Notes: generated from the letters alone by a model not told the origin. DNA of 32,000 nucleotides from Candidatus Moranella endobia PCIT (GCF_000219175.1 NC_015735.1:330001-362000), one strand, 5' to 3'. Shown: positions 1 to 10,581, numbered from the stretch's first letter. A program made the numbers and translations.

Positions 1-395
1 GTCGCAAAATATTTAAATTGATCCATACTATATCTGACCAGCGAATGTTGGCGACGAAACTACATCTTTATGTTAGTTTAAGCTAGCGGATATCTTTGTC
101 AGCTACGCTACGGTATTGATAGTGCTAGGATGGTGCATTTTCTTGGCGCCTACTACCTAATTTAATTGTTCTACTCACGCTAAGTAAGGTATTAACCACC
201 ATGGACACCTGGCGGTTAATCTAGCACCAGTAAACTTAGCCGCATTTAATATCTAGGTAGTTAATAACTTGCTTAAATTTATAGCAGCTGAAGTGCTGCT
301 CTATCAAAAACCTGATCAGGTAGCGCTGCCATGATCTAAGCCTAGCAAGGTAAAATTGATAGTTGTTAAGACTAATACAAGAGAAGGCGATCTGA

Positions 396-1202
396 ATGTC
401 AACAGAAGAATTAGAATTTATATGGAATAACATCAATGTTGAAGCGCAATTTATGACTGCTTGTGAACCTATGCTAGCTAGTTTTGTTCACAGAACACTA
501 CTAAAGCACAAAAACTTAAGCAGTGCATTGAACTATATACTGTCTAATAAACTTAGCAATCAAATTATACCAGTCATCGCAATCAATGAATTATTAGAAG
601 AAGCCTATAGTGCCGATTATAGTATGATTTTATCCGCCGCGCGTGACATCCACGCTGTGCAACTACGAGACCCAGCGGTGGATAACTATTCCACGCCTCT
701 GCTGTATCTGAAGGGGTTTCATGCTCTGCAGGCATATCGTATTAGCCATTGGTTATGGTATACAAACCGCCAGGCGTTGGCATTATATTTACAAAATCAA
801 ATTTCCGTATCTTTTGGTGTTGACATTCATCCTGCTGCACACATTGGCTGTGGCATTATGCTAGATCATGCCACTGGCATCGTTATTGGCGAAACATCAG
901 TGGTAGAAGATAATGTTTCCATACTGCAATCAGTAATTCTAGGAGGCACCGGCAAGACCAGCGGAGATCGCCACCCTAAAATTCGCGAAGGAGTAATGAT
1001 CGGCGCCGGCGCTGCTATTCTCGGAAATATTGAGGTTGGGCGTTGGGCAAAAATTGGTGCTGGTTCAGTAGTCTTACGCTCGGTACCGGCTCATACCACC
1101 GCTGCTGGCGTACCAGCAAGGGTGGTAGGTAAACAGAAAGGCGACCGACTATCAGAGGAAATCATCAGCAGCCCACTTTTAGAATTGGGCGCCGGTATCT
1201 GA
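396..1202 (+). CDS. cysE: Serine O-acetyltransferase
   Basis: 268 aa ORF with hexapeptide-repeat left-handed beta-helix region (DIHPAAHIGCGIMLDHATGIVIGETSVVEDNVSILQSVILGGTGK...GDRHPKI) characteristic of CysE; full length. Confidence 0.96.
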   Translation: MSTEELEFIWNNINVEAQFMTACEPMLASFVHRTLLKHKNLSSALNYILSNKLSNQIIPVIAINELLEEAYSADYSMILSAARDIHAVQLRDPAVDNYSTPLLYLKGFHALQAYRISHWLWYTNRQALALYLQNQISVSFGVDIHPAAHIGCGIMLDHATGIVIGETSVVEDNVSILQSVILGGTGKTSGDRHPKIREGVMIGAGAAILGNIEVGRWAKIGAGSVVLRSVPAHTTAAGVPARVVGKQKGDRLSEEIISSPLLELGAGI

Positions 1203-1250
1203 CAGCAGTTATGGCAGCGCTGCGGTGAGAGGAAAATTTTTGCTTCATAT

Positions 1251-2009
1251 CTAGGTCTGAGGAAGACAGATAATCAGCTGCAATCCGCCAAGTGGGCTAT
1301 CTGTTGCTTTTACCCAACCACCGTGCTGTATGACTGCTGTTTCTACGATTGCGAGCCCGAGACCACCAGTAGTTCCGCTGGAATCACGGTCTTTGGCTTG
1401 AGAGGTACGGTAAAAAGGCCGAAAAATCTGCTCTCGATCATCTTTGCTGACGCCGGGGCCATCATCGTCAACGGTAATGGTTATCCGATACTGATCGGTG
1501 CTAAATCCGACTAATATCCGGTGATGCGAGTAACGTATAGCATTACGCACGATATTTTCAAGCGCACTATTTAGTGCGAAAGCATCACCTATTATGGTCC
1601 AGTTACCTGGTAGTGATGTGAACTCCAGGCTTTTGCCCATTTGCTCTGCTTCAAACTGAGCATCACTAATAACATTAGCCCACAAATGGTTTGTCTTCAA
1701 TACCTCACGCGGACGCTCCGGGTTGTTAGACCTAGAAATTTCTAGTAAGATTGAATTTAGCCGGTGAACTTCGGTATCAATGCGTAGTGCATAGTCATCA
1801 CCTTGCCGCCGTCGCATTAGCGCGGTAGTTAACTGTATCCTGGTTAATGGCGTGCGCAACTCATGAAATATGTTGTCTAGTATACGTTGATTGTCATTAA
1901 TATAACTATCATGCCGGTAGTCAAAAGAATTCATTTTGACCTGTATCAAACTCGGGATGCTGTTGTATATGCCCATTCCCACGTACCACCTCATCTGCGG
2001 CTGCGGCAT
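1251..2009 (-). pseudogene. cpxA: CpxA sensor kinase, C-terminal part (DHp H-box and ATPase domain), in a different frame from the N-terminal fragment
   Basis: Translation contains HELRTPLTR H-box, ALENIVRNAIRYSH N-box, ITVDDDGPGVSKDDREQIFRPFYR and LGLAIVETA, matching E. coli CpxA. Gene-like sequence begins near NSFDYRHD; upstream residues are probably not native. Confidence 0.85.
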
Positions 2010-2166
2010 GTTTTAGTTCACGCGCAAGTTTGGCTTGACTTCTTGCCAGCCATAATAAAAGAGTAATACTTACCAGTATACTGATAAGTATACTGGTAAG
2101 TATTACTGATAAGCAGTAACAGTAATAATAACTTTCGATCAAATAGCAAATAATGTTTTTGATCAT
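1921..2166 (-). pseudogene. cpxA: CpxA sensor kinase, N-terminal fragment (membrane segment and HAMP linker; periplasmic sensor domain missing)
   Basis: ATGA overlap with cpxR stop; LLLWLARSQAKLARELKHAAAADEVVRGNGHIQQHPEFDTGQNEFF aligns to E. coli CpxA LLLWLAWSLAKPARKLKNAADEVAQGNLRQHPELEAGPQEFL; only about 35 residues precede it instead of about 180. Confidence 0.8.
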
Positions 2167-2870
2167 GCAGTTGAGACCATTAAATATCCTCGTCCGCGCA
2201 AGGTTTTAAACCACGGTTGCCCATCTTGACGTTCTGGTAGCTTGCGACGTACATTAGAAATGTGCATATCAATAGATCGGTCAAATTGTGTTAATCTTTT
2301 ACCCAAGACCTCCTGGCTTAAATACTCGCGCTGCACTACTTGACCGAGATGCTGCGCCAGTAAATACAGCAAATTAAATTCGGTGCCAGTCAATTCCAGT
2401 AACGTACCATCGAAGGTCGCCTCCTGGCGTCCTGGGTTCAGAATCATAAGATCAACCTTAAGTGATGGTGTTCCTGCTTCTCTGGTTTGCTGTTGCTCAG
2501 TATCTTTCCAATGTAAGCGGCGTAATATTGCCCTAATACGTGCTATCAATTCGCGATCATTAAAAGGTTTTGGTATATAATCATCTGCCCCCAATTCCAG
2601 GCCTAAAACACGATCCAGTTCGTTGCCACGGGCGGTTAGCATAATTACTGGTGTTTGGTAGTGTTGCTGACGTAACCATTTAAGAGTATCAATACCATTC
2701 TTACGTGGCATAATAATATCTAGAAGTAATAAATTTATGGAACTGTTAAACTTACTTAACACCTGTTCGCCATCATGGGCTACTTGGACGTTAAAATTTT
2801 CCATTTCCAATAATTCACGTAACAACGATGTTAATTTTCGGTCATCATCAACCAAAAGAATATTATTCAT
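2163..2870 (-). CDS. cpxR: CpxR response regulator (OmpR/PhoB family)
   Basis: 235 aa; receiver domain (ILLVDDD, LLLLDIIMP, PVIMLTARG, DDYIPKPF) and winged-helix C-terminus (LTGTEFNLLYLLAQH...DMHISNVRRKL...FKTLRGRGYLM). Confidence 0.94.
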   Translation of the reverse strand: MNNILLVDDDRKLTSLLRELLEMENFNVQVAHDGEQVLSKFNSSINLLLLDIIMPRKNGIDTLKWLRQQHYQTPVIMLTARGNELDRVLGLELGADDYIPKPFNDRELIARIRAILRRLHWKDTEQQQTREAGTPSLKVDLMILNPGRQEATFDGTLLELTGTEFNLLYLLAQHLGQVVQREYLSQEVLGKRLTQFDRSIDMHISNVRRKLPERQDGQPWFKTLRGRGYLMVSTA

Positions 2871-3406
2871 TTACTTCATCTCCAGACGTAAAATACGTCA
2901 TTAATCTAACCTAATTCAAATTATTACTTAACTTTAATTAAAAAATTTAACTTATATATCACCTGTATAGTAATAATAATGAGATGAAGATTATACTTAA
3001 GACTTAATGTGTACTAGGGCACGGCGAAAACAGCAATTTTTTGTTGTAACATACAATAACCATGGTATCGGCTGGAACAGCAACAGTTATATTGCTGGCT
3101 ACTTGCTACTACAAGAATACTGTAAGTAACAAGCTGTCAGTTACCTATAAATAAACTATACATGCTTTTCGCTAAGAATTATGATGAATATACTAACATA
3201 TCTACCTTGCTGCAAGCAGTAATAGCTATGTCTGTGGGAACCAAGTTGCAGGTAATATCTTTTTAACAATTTGTTCCCAGTTTGTTATATAATACCTAGT
3301 TATATATGTTCTCGCCTAGCTAGAATTAATAATCAAACAACAAAAAAAGAACTGAAATTTTCCAGTAAAAATTTATTGTCTATATCGTTCTCTCACTGGA
3401 GGAGTA

Positions 3407-4201
3407 ATGCGACATCCGTTAGTAATAGGTAATTGGAAACTTAACGGCAGCACAGAAATGGTAAAAGAACTGATTGTGGCGCTGTGTAATAAACTCAGTA
3501 ACGTTATTGGCTGTGATGTGGTTATCGCCCCGCCAGTAGTCTATCTTGATCTGGCAAAACATCATTTGGGTATCAGCAATAGCAATCTTACTCTCGGAGC
3601 GCAGAATGTCGATACCAATATTGCTGGCGCTTTTACAGGTGAAGTTTCCGCTTCGATGCTCAAAGATATCGGCGCTAAATACATTATCATTGGTCATTCA
3701 GAACGCCGCACCTATCATAAAGAAAGTGATGATAATATTGTCAAAAAATTCACTGTGTTAAAATTAACTGGTCTAATTCCGATATTGTGTATCGGTGAAA
3801 GCGAAGCAGAAAACCAAGACGGAAAAACTGAGTCGGTATGCGCTCGTCAGCTTGATGCAGTCATTAACCATTTAGGCGTCCAAGCGTTAGAAAATTGCGT
3901 CATAGCCTATGAGCCTATCTGGGCCATTGGCACTGGTAAATCCGCAAAACCGACGCAGGTTCAGGCGGTACACAAATTTATCCGCGGGTATATTGCTAAA
4001 CATAATGTTGAAATTGCAGAAAATATTATTATCCTGTATGGTGGTTCGGTTAATCCCAGCAATGCCACTGAACTATTTACTCAGCTTGATATTGATGGTG
4101 CTCTGGTCGGCGGTGCATCGCTGATGGCTGACACATTCGTATTGATTGTTAAAGCTGCAGCGCAAGCAAAACAAAACTTACGGTCGGCTGCCTTAACTTA
4201 A
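3407..4201 (+). CDS. tpiA: Triosephosphate isomerase
   Basis: [14 protein letters not shown] start, [40 protein letters not shown]; SD GGAGG before ATG. Confidence 0.97.
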   Translation: MRHPLVIGNWKLNGSTEMVKELIVALCNKLSNVIGCDVVIAPPVVYLDLAKHHLGISNSNLTLGAQNVDTNIAGAFTGEVSASMLKDIGAKYIIIGHSERRTYHKESDDNIVKKFTVLKLTGLIPILCIGESEAENQDGKTESVCARQLDAVINHLGVQALENCVIAYEPIWAIGTGKSAKPTQVQAVHKFIRGYIAKHNVEIAENIIILYGGSVNPSNATELFTQLDIDGALVGGASLMADTFVLIVKAAAQAKQNLRSAALT

Positions 4202-4317
4202 GATGACTGAGTTGTTAATACGTAACCAAGATCAATAAAATAAAAGATTGGCTGTTGCCAAATTTAGCAAACGCAAACATGTCAAACTGTTATAACGCTT
4301 ACCAGCCGCAGCACAAA

Positions 4318-5280
4318 TTAGAATAGTTTTTTCGCAGTTTCCAGGATATCCTTGCGGAAGGGTCGCTTCATATTTTCGATTGCGTCTACTATATCATGAT
4401 GCACGAGTCTCTCATTTTGCACCCCAATACAGTGGCCACCATAACCTTGTAATAGCAGCTCAATGGAGTACGCGCCCATACGGGATGCTAACACACGATC
4501 ATACGCCACCGGGCGGCCGCCTCGTTGGATATGACCCAACACTGTAGTGCGAGTTTCCCTTCCTGTTTCTTTTTCAATATATTGAGCTATCTCAGCGAGA
4601 TTACAGATATGTTCGGTGATCGCGACAATTGCGTGTTTTTTGCCTTTAGCGATACCTGCCTTTATTTCAGAAACTAGGTCGGCAGGTTTGAATTCAACTT
4701 CAGGTAACACTATGAATTCGCAACCTCCGGCGATGGCTGACGCCATAGTAAGATCACCGCAATACCGCCCCATAACTTCAACAATGGAGATGCGTTGATG
4801 TGACGTCGAGGTATCTCGCAGTCGATCAATAGCCTCGACGACAGTTTCGAGTGCAGTAAAATAGCCAATAGTATAATCGGTACCAGCAACATCATTATCA
4901 ATTGTACCAGGTAGACCAATGCAGGGAAAACCCATCTCTGTTAGGCGTTTGGCACCCAAATATGAGCCATCGCCTCCTATTACTACCAGCGCATCTAGGC
5001 CGCGTTTGGTCATGTTATTAATGGCGATAGCTCGAGTATGTTCATCTTGGAATTCGGGAAAACGTACGGAACCGAGAAAGGTACCACCACGGTTAATTAT
5101 ATCAGAAACGCTATAGCGATCAAGTTTCGACATACAATCTTGAAATAATCCCAGGTAGCCGTCATAAATGCCATACACTTCCAAATTTTCGGCCAGCCCT
5201 GCCCGTACTACGCCCCTTATGGCAGCATTCATACCTGGTGAATCACCACCACTTGTTAGTACACCGATTTTTTTAATCAT
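4318..5280 (-). CDS. pfkA: 6-phosphofructokinase isozyme I
   Basis: [23 protein letters not shown] start chosen at 5280 (SD GAGG just upstream); [28 protein letters not shown]. The ORF track extends further upstream to 5343. Confidence 0.96.
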   Translation of the reverse strand: MIKKIGVLTSGGDSPGMNAAIRGVVRAGLAENLEVYGIYDGYLGLFQDCMSKLDRYSVSDIINRGGTFLGSVRFPEFQDEHTRAIAINNMTKRGLDALVVIGGDGSYLGAKRLTEMGFPCIGLPGTIDNDVAGTDYTIGYFTALETVVEAIDRLRDTSTSHQRISIVEVMGRYCGDLTMASAIAGGCEFIVLPEVEFKPADLVSEIKAGIAKGKKHAIVAITEHICNLAEIAQYIEKETGRETRTTVLGHIQRGGRPVAYDRVLASRMGAYSIELLLQGYGGHCIGVQNERLVHHDIVDAIENMKRPFRKDILETAKKLF

Positions 5281-5359
5281 GACTACCTCGCAACTTACAA
5301 TACTATGAGCTGGCAACCAGGCTATTTTTATGGTTGATAGCAAAATGCAAGGAAAAATA

Positions 5360-7354
5360 TCATGTTATTAGCAGCCGCGCTTTGCGCAGTATATTATCGA
5401 CGGTGAAACCGAACAAGGGGAATAATTCTTCCGCTGGGGCCGATTCACCAAAAGTGGTGATGCCAACAATTTGCCCGTTAAGGCCAACGTACTTATACCA
5501 GTAATCTGTTATTCCTGCCTCAATTGCGACACGAGCCGTCACTGCTTTCGGCAATACCGTTTCTCGATAAGCTTGATCTTGCAAGTCAAAAACGTCGGTA
5601 GATGGCAAAGATACTACTCGTACCTTACGGCCTTCATTATTAAATTGCTGATAAGCTGCAACTGCTAGTTCAACTTCCGAACCAGTAGCGATTAAAATTA
5701 ATTCTGGCTGTCCGTCGCAGTCTTTAAGTATATAACCGCCGCGGGCAATATCTAATACCTGTTGTGACGTACGATCCTGCTGCGCTAGTTTCTGGCGCGA
5801 AAGAATAATTGCTGTGGGACCATTACAGTTCTCGATAGCTTTCTTCCAGGCAACAGTGGTTTCTACTTGGTCACATGGACGCCAGTTACTCATATTCGGC
5901 GTCATGCGCAAGCTAGCTAATTGCTCTACTGGCTGATGGGTTGGACCATCTGCACCTAGACCAATAGAGTCATGGGTATAAACCATGATGTGCCTAGCTT
6001 TCATTAGCGCTGCCATGCGCACTGCGTTGCGGGCATATTCAACAAAAATAAGGAATGTAGCAGTATAGGGAATGAAGCCGCCATGATTAGCGATACCGTT
6101 ACCAATTGCCGTCATACCGAATTCGCGCACACCGTAATGAATATAGTTACCAGCATGATCATTAACAATAGATTTGGATTGCGACCAGATCGTTAAATTA
6201 CTTGGTGCTAGATCAGCCGAACCACCTAGCAATTCGGGTAGTATGGGACCAAATGCTTCCAGCGCGTTCTGTGATGCTTTACGGCTGGCCATATTCATTG
6301 GATTGGTTTGTAGTTGCTGAATTATTTTATGACTTTCTGCTTGCCAATTAGCTGGTAGCTTACTGTGCATACGGCGTTTGAATTCCAGCGCCAGCTCGGG
6401 GAAAGCTTTTTCATAGGCTGAGAATTTCTCCTGCCAGGCCGATTCTTTTTTATTACCAGCTTTTTTCGCATTCCAACTGTGGTATATTTCAGCCGGAATA
6501 ACAAACGGGGGCTCGTTCCAACCAATCGCTTTTCTGGTAGCATCTATTTCTTCTTGCCCCAGAGGGGAGCCATGAGCGCAGTTTTTACCAGCTTTTGTTG
6601 GCGCGCCGAATGCAAGAATGGTTTTACAAATTAGTAGCGATGGCTTATCAACGACAGCACGGGCATTGTCGATTGCTTTCTGAATGGAAGTACTATCGTG
6701 GCCGTCAACGTAGTGCACGACGTGCCAACCATAGGCTTCAAAACGGGCGGCAGTGTTATCTTGAAACCAACCATCGACGTCACCATCAATGGAAATACCG
6801 TTATCGTCGTAGAACGCCACCAGTTTTCCCAGCTTAAGAGTTCCTGCTAACGAGCATACTTCATGGGAAATGCCTTCCATCATACAGCCGTCGCCGAGGA
6901 AAACATAGGTATAGTGATCAATAAGATTATGGCCGGTACGGTTAAACTGTGCTGCCAACGTGCGCTCCCCAATTGCCAAACCAACGGCGTTAGCTATACC
7001 TTGGCCAAGTGGGCCTGTAGTGGTTTCTACACCATTGGTAGAACCATATTCCGGATGCCCAGGAGTTTTAGAATGTAACTGCCGAAAGTTTTTCAATTCT
7101 TCCATCGGTAGATGATAACCTGTTAGGTGTAATAGGCTGTAAAGCAGCATAGAACCGTGACCGTTAGACAGAACAAAACGGTCTCGGTCAATCCAGTTTG
7201 GATTGGAAGGATTATGATCCATATAATCGAACCACAGTACTTCGGCAATATCCGCCATACCCATTGGCATACCAGGATGACCAGAATTAGATTGTTGTAC
7301 TGCGTCCATACTTAACGCACGGATAGCATTTGCCCGTTCTTTTCGGGATGTCAT
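5360..7354 (-). CDS. tktA: Transketolase
   Basis: [28 protein letters not shown] start at 7354 with GGAG SD at about 7362-7365; [12 protein letters not shown], full-length to C-terminus FGFTVDNIL. Confidence 0.94.
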   Translation of the reverse strand: MTSRKERANAIRALSMDAVQQSNSGHPGMPMGMADIAEVLWFDYMDHNPSNPNWIDRDRFVLSNGHGSMLLYSLLHLTGYHLPMEELKNFRQLHSKTPGHPEYGSTNGVETTTGPLGQGIANAVGLAIGERTLAAQFNRTGHNLIDHYTYVFLGDGCMMEGISHEVCSLAGTLKLGKLVAFYDDNGISIDGDVDGWFQDNTAARFEAYGWHVVHYVDGHDSTSIQKAIDNARAVVDKPSLLICKTILAFGAPTKAGKNCAHGSPLGQEEIDATRKAIGWNEPPFVIPAEIYHSWNAKKAGNKKESAWQEKFSAYEKAFPELALEFKRRMHSKLPANWQAESHKIIQQLQTNPMNMASRKASQNALEAFGPILPELLGGSADLAPSNLTIWSQSKSIVNDHAGNYIHYGVREFGMTAIGNGIANHGGFIPYTATFLIFVEYARNAVRMAALMKARHIMVYTHDSIGLGADGPTHQPVEQLASLRMTPNMSNWRPCDQVETTVAWKKAIENCNGPTAIILSRQKLAQQDRTSQQVLDIARGGYILKDCDGQPELILIATGSEVELAVAAYQQFNNEGRKVRVVSLPSTDVFDLQDQAYRETVLPKAVTARVAIEAGITDYWYKYVGLNGQIVGITTFGESAPAEELFPLFGFTVDNILRKARLLIT

Positions 7355-7700
7355 TAAAGGCTCCAAATTTTACATTTTACCGCCAAAAGACTAGCAAATT
7401 GATTCAGCTAGCTTGTCCACGGCCATTGCATCATAGTTATTTATGTTTATGTTCCAAACGGAATTACCATTCCAACAGCTGCACTAACCAGATTGTGCGA
7501 GCAACGATCACAGCGATTTTATGAAGTTCATCCAGCATATTACAGTTAATTTATTTCCAGGTGTAGGCCAGTTTAATAAGTATACGTAAATTAGGTCATT
7601 GTTCTTCTAGTGCGACTAATTTTATTGCATTGGTAAAACATATATACTGCGCTTGAAGGATAAGTCAGCATTAACTTCTTTATTGAGTAAAGATACATTA

Positions 7701-7740
7701 TCGCACGCGTGATAATTTCATCGCACGCGTGATAATTTCT
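7701..7740. repeat. Two tandem copies of a 20-bp unit TCGCACGCGTGATAATTTC(A/T)
   Basis: Direct reading: tcgcacgcgtgataatttca followed immediately by tcgcacgcgtgataatttct. Confidence 0.95.
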
Positions 7741-8134
7741 ACGCTGATATTAATCGCTAATTTGTTGCTAGCGGCATTGTTAAGTTCACAGAAGGATTGG
7801 TGGTTGCATCTGGTTGCGAGTCGTAATGACGGATGGACTGAATATCTCCACTGTCTGTCTGCTACGACGGTTGGAAATTGTTTAGACGGTCGTCTAACTG
7901 GCGCAGTTATCTATTACACTCCATCAATCAAATTATTATTTACATAAGTTACTGCAAGCCTTAGGAGAACATCGATTTGCGTACAGTACCATATACAACA
8001 ATACAGATAAATTCTGGTTAGAGCACTCTAATAAAAAAATCGATGTAACGATGCGATGCCTATGTCGAGTCGGCTATCAAAATGTATGGTTAGATCTCGT
8101 ACTATATGTGCATATTTTACAACATGTTTCGATT

Positions 8135-8704
8135 TTACAAATAATTGAAAGCGGCAGTGACATGTTTCACTCCGTTTACTTTACTAGCAATTGCCGATGA
8201 GGCTTTACCATCAGCGTTAGTTACTAGTCCCAAGAGGAAAACTTCGCCATTCTCCGTGGTTATTTTCAATTTTGATACATTAACTGTGCGTATCAGCAAC
8301 TTCGCACGGATCTTGGTGGTAATCCAGGTATCTGTTAATACACATTTTAATGATACTGGCTGCCCCTGACGGATTTCATTATAGACTTCGGTAACACCAT
8401 CAACTCTCATCGTAATCTGCTTAGCTATTTCTGCCAACTTTGATGTCGGCGCTTGACCAGTTAGTAGAACTTTGCCCTGATATACCGTATTGGAGATGCG
8501 CGCTTCTTTATGAACTTTCTGATCTTTTGCAAGCGCATTGGCTACCCGTGCTTCAAGTATACCATCATCGATCTGGGTGCCGAAGGTGCGTGGATCGGTC
8601 ACGGTTTTAGTGGTGACCACAGCGGTACCGATTACCATAGCACCAACGCATCCTTGAAGCATCAAAACTGCCAACTGCAGTATTAATGATGTATAAGCCT
8701 TCAT
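8135..8704 (-). CDS. dolP: BON-domain outer-membrane lipoprotein DolP (YraP)
   Basis: Lipobox-like LQGC near N-terminus; DPRTFGTQIDDGILEARV, EVYNEIRQGQPVSL, TTENGEVFLLGLVT match E. coli YraP over both BON domains. Confidence 0.93.
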   Translation of the reverse strand: MKAYTSLILQLAVLMLQGCVGAMVIGTAVVTTKTVTDPRTFGTQIDDGILEARVANALAKDQKVHKEARISNTVYQGKVLLTGQAPTSKLAEIAKQITMRVDGVTEVYNEIRQGQPVSLKCVLTDTWITTKIRAKLLIRTVNVSKLKITTENGEVFLLGLVTNADGKASSAIASKVNGVKHVTAAFNYL

Positions 8705-9297
8705 GTTCGCTCCTTAACAACTAGCAAGATGTAAAATAACTACAACTAACTAATATAGAAAATTGTATATTTAGCATTGTCAGCTCTGGAATACACGTTC
8801 TGCTATTGTACGAAATTTTGATGGCTTATTACCTAATAATAGCATCAGTAATAGCAGTATGCTGGCAAATGCTCCTCAATCATTAGAGCAATGATAGGTG
8901 GACATAACTTGTGATACTACAAATATTGACGCGCAAAATGACTTGCTTGGCGTAGATTATAGATTACATCCTGCTAACCAGAGCATTAGCGATTACGTTA
9001 AATACCAATATATTGGCATGCAACTAGTAAAGTACCATGCGATAACAGTTGATAGACTGTGCTGTAATCTAATATTTTAGAGTGTGGTAATTACTGAATC
9101 AGCATGTTAATAGCATAGGTGATGGTTTCTGGCCCCAACAGCAACAATCAAGGTTTAGTATGGGAGTCATTAATATTAATTATTTAAGTTCGTGTAACTT
9201 TATTCGCCTAACAAGAAAAAATAACATGATTTTAGTAGATTGGTTAAAGTCGCCGTGAGGCGCCCGCTAAACTTTCGCTATAGGCACAACTAAGCAT

Positions 9298-9360
9298 AGG
9301 TGCTGCTTGCATTGCTACTTCGAAGCTAGTTGCACATGTGCAACTGAATAAGCAGCACCT
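9298..9360. repeat. Nested inverted repeats upstream of ybeY (11-bp outer arms, 18-bp perfect inner palindrome)
   Basis: Outer arms AGGTGCTGCTT (9298-9308) and AAGCAGCACCT (9350-9360); inner AGTTGCACATGTGCAACT (9328-9345). Confidence 0.9.
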
Positions 9361-9403
9361 GTTAGCTAATTTTAACAATCATCCAAGAAAGGAGTAACAA
9401 TAA

Positions 9404-9868
9404 ATGAGCAAGGTTCGATTGGAATTGGACCTACAGCTAGCTTGCGATGATAAATATGGTTTACCAGCCGAAGCTGATTTCCGGCGCTGGCTATTGGGTG
9501 TGTTGCCGCTGTTCCGTGATTACGCGGAAGTAACCGTGCGCCTAGTGGACGAAGTGGAAATTCATGCACTAAACTTAACCTATTGCGGCAAAGATAAGCC
9601 AACCAATGTGCTTGCATTTACATTGGAAGCACCACCGGAAATAGAACTCACATCGTTGGGGGATTTAGTTATTTGCCGCCAGGTAGTGGAGTACGAAGCA
9701 AAGCAACAGGGAAAAGCGTTGGAAGCGCATTGGGCACATATGGTGGTTCACGGTTCGTTACACTTGCTAGGTTATGATCATGTTTTGGAGATTGAAGCCA
9801 TCCAGATGGAATCTATAGAAACTGCAATAATGCAAAACCTTGGTTACCCAGATCCATATATTTCTTGA
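9404..9868 (+). CDS. ybeY: Endoribonuclease / 16S rRNA maturation factor YbeY
   Basis: [28 protein letters not shown], and metal motif [15 protein letters not shown]; SD AAGGAG. Confidence 0.96.
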   Translation: MSKVRLELDLQLACDDKYGLPAEADFRRWLLGVLPLFRDYAEVTVRLVDEVEIHALNLTYCGKDKPTNVLAFTLEAPPEIELTSLGDLVICRQVVEYEAKQQGKALEAHWAHMVVHGSLHLLGYDHVLEIEAIQMESIETAIMQNLGYPDPYIS

Positions 9869-10254
9869 TAATATTGCAGAATATAGTTAATCACTATCGC
9901 CAATAACTAGCGATGCTGCTGTTGATCTGCGTGCGCTAGTGACCTTGGTACCAGTACCATCCTCAGCCAACGTGGGTACGTGGCTTTGGCACCTAGCAAT
10001 ATTCAACAGTCTATAAAAGAATATAGGCACTACTATCTATCGATATTTTCTTGAAGCGTGCCCTGCTGGTTATCGGCAGGCAGGTAACATATGATGGTTT
10101 AACCATATAATAGCAGAAGAAATTGGTTGACTGCAGCTTATCAACTATGCATAATATACTACTTAAATGCGAATTTAGATCATACAGTTCAGCTATCACT
10201 ATTAGTGCTGAGGTTACCGTTAGCATTATTACGTTGTAGTTGCCAACATACTTT

Positions 10255-10341
10255 GCGGGAGTGGCGAAATTGGTAGACGCACCAGATTTAGGTTCTGACG
10301 CCGCATGGTATGCGAGTTCAAATCTCGCCTCCCGCACCATA
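10255..10341 (+). tRNA. leuW: tRNA-Leu(TAG), CCA encoded
   Basis: Acceptor GCGGGAG/CTCCCGC, loop TTTAGGT with TAG anticodon, long variable arm, closely matches E. coli leuW; 3' ACCA encoded. Confidence 0.95.
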
Positions 10342-10363
10342 ATTTTTTGGTGTGCAGCGTATG

Positions 10364-10438
10364 GGATATAGCCAAGCGGTAAGGCAGCGGGTTTTGATCC
10401 CGCCACACCCAGGTTCGAATCCTGGTATCCCAGCCAAT
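10364..10438 (+). tRNA. glnU: tRNA-Gln(TTG), CCA encoded
   Basis: Acceptor TGGGATA/TATCCCA, anticodon stem GCGGG/CCCGC with loop TTTTGAT, 3' GCCA. Confidence 0.93.
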
Positions 10439-10496
10439 GTTATCTAAAATACAAGAGCTTTGTAATCAAATTGATTACAAAATAGTTAAACTATGG

Positions 10497-10573
10497 CTAC
10501 GTAGCTCAGTTGGTTAGAGCACAGCACTCATAATGCTGGGGTCACAGGTTCGATTCCCGTCGTAGCTACCACC
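10497..10573 (+). tRNA. metU: Elongator tRNA-Met(CAT), CCA encoded
   Basis: GGCTACGTAGCTCAGTTGGTTAGAGCA...CAGCA CTCATAA TGCTG...CGTAGCTACCA; near identical to E. coli metT/metU. Confidence 0.93.
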
Positions 10574-10581
10574 ATATTGTG

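Noticed and set aside
7729-7947. 72 aa plus-strand ORF (MIISTLILIANLLLAALLSSQKDWW...)
   Set aside because: It begins inside the 20-bp tandem repeat, has no recognised similarity in either strand reading and no convincing SD; possibly a relic but unsupported.
8898-9080. 60 aa plus-strand ORF upstream of ybeY
   Set aside because: No match to YbeZ/PhoH motifs (no P-loop), no SD and short; treated as spacer.
10011-10406. 131 aa minus-strand ORF
   Set aside because: It runs antisense through tRNA-Leu and into tRNA-Gln and has no recognisable protein motif.
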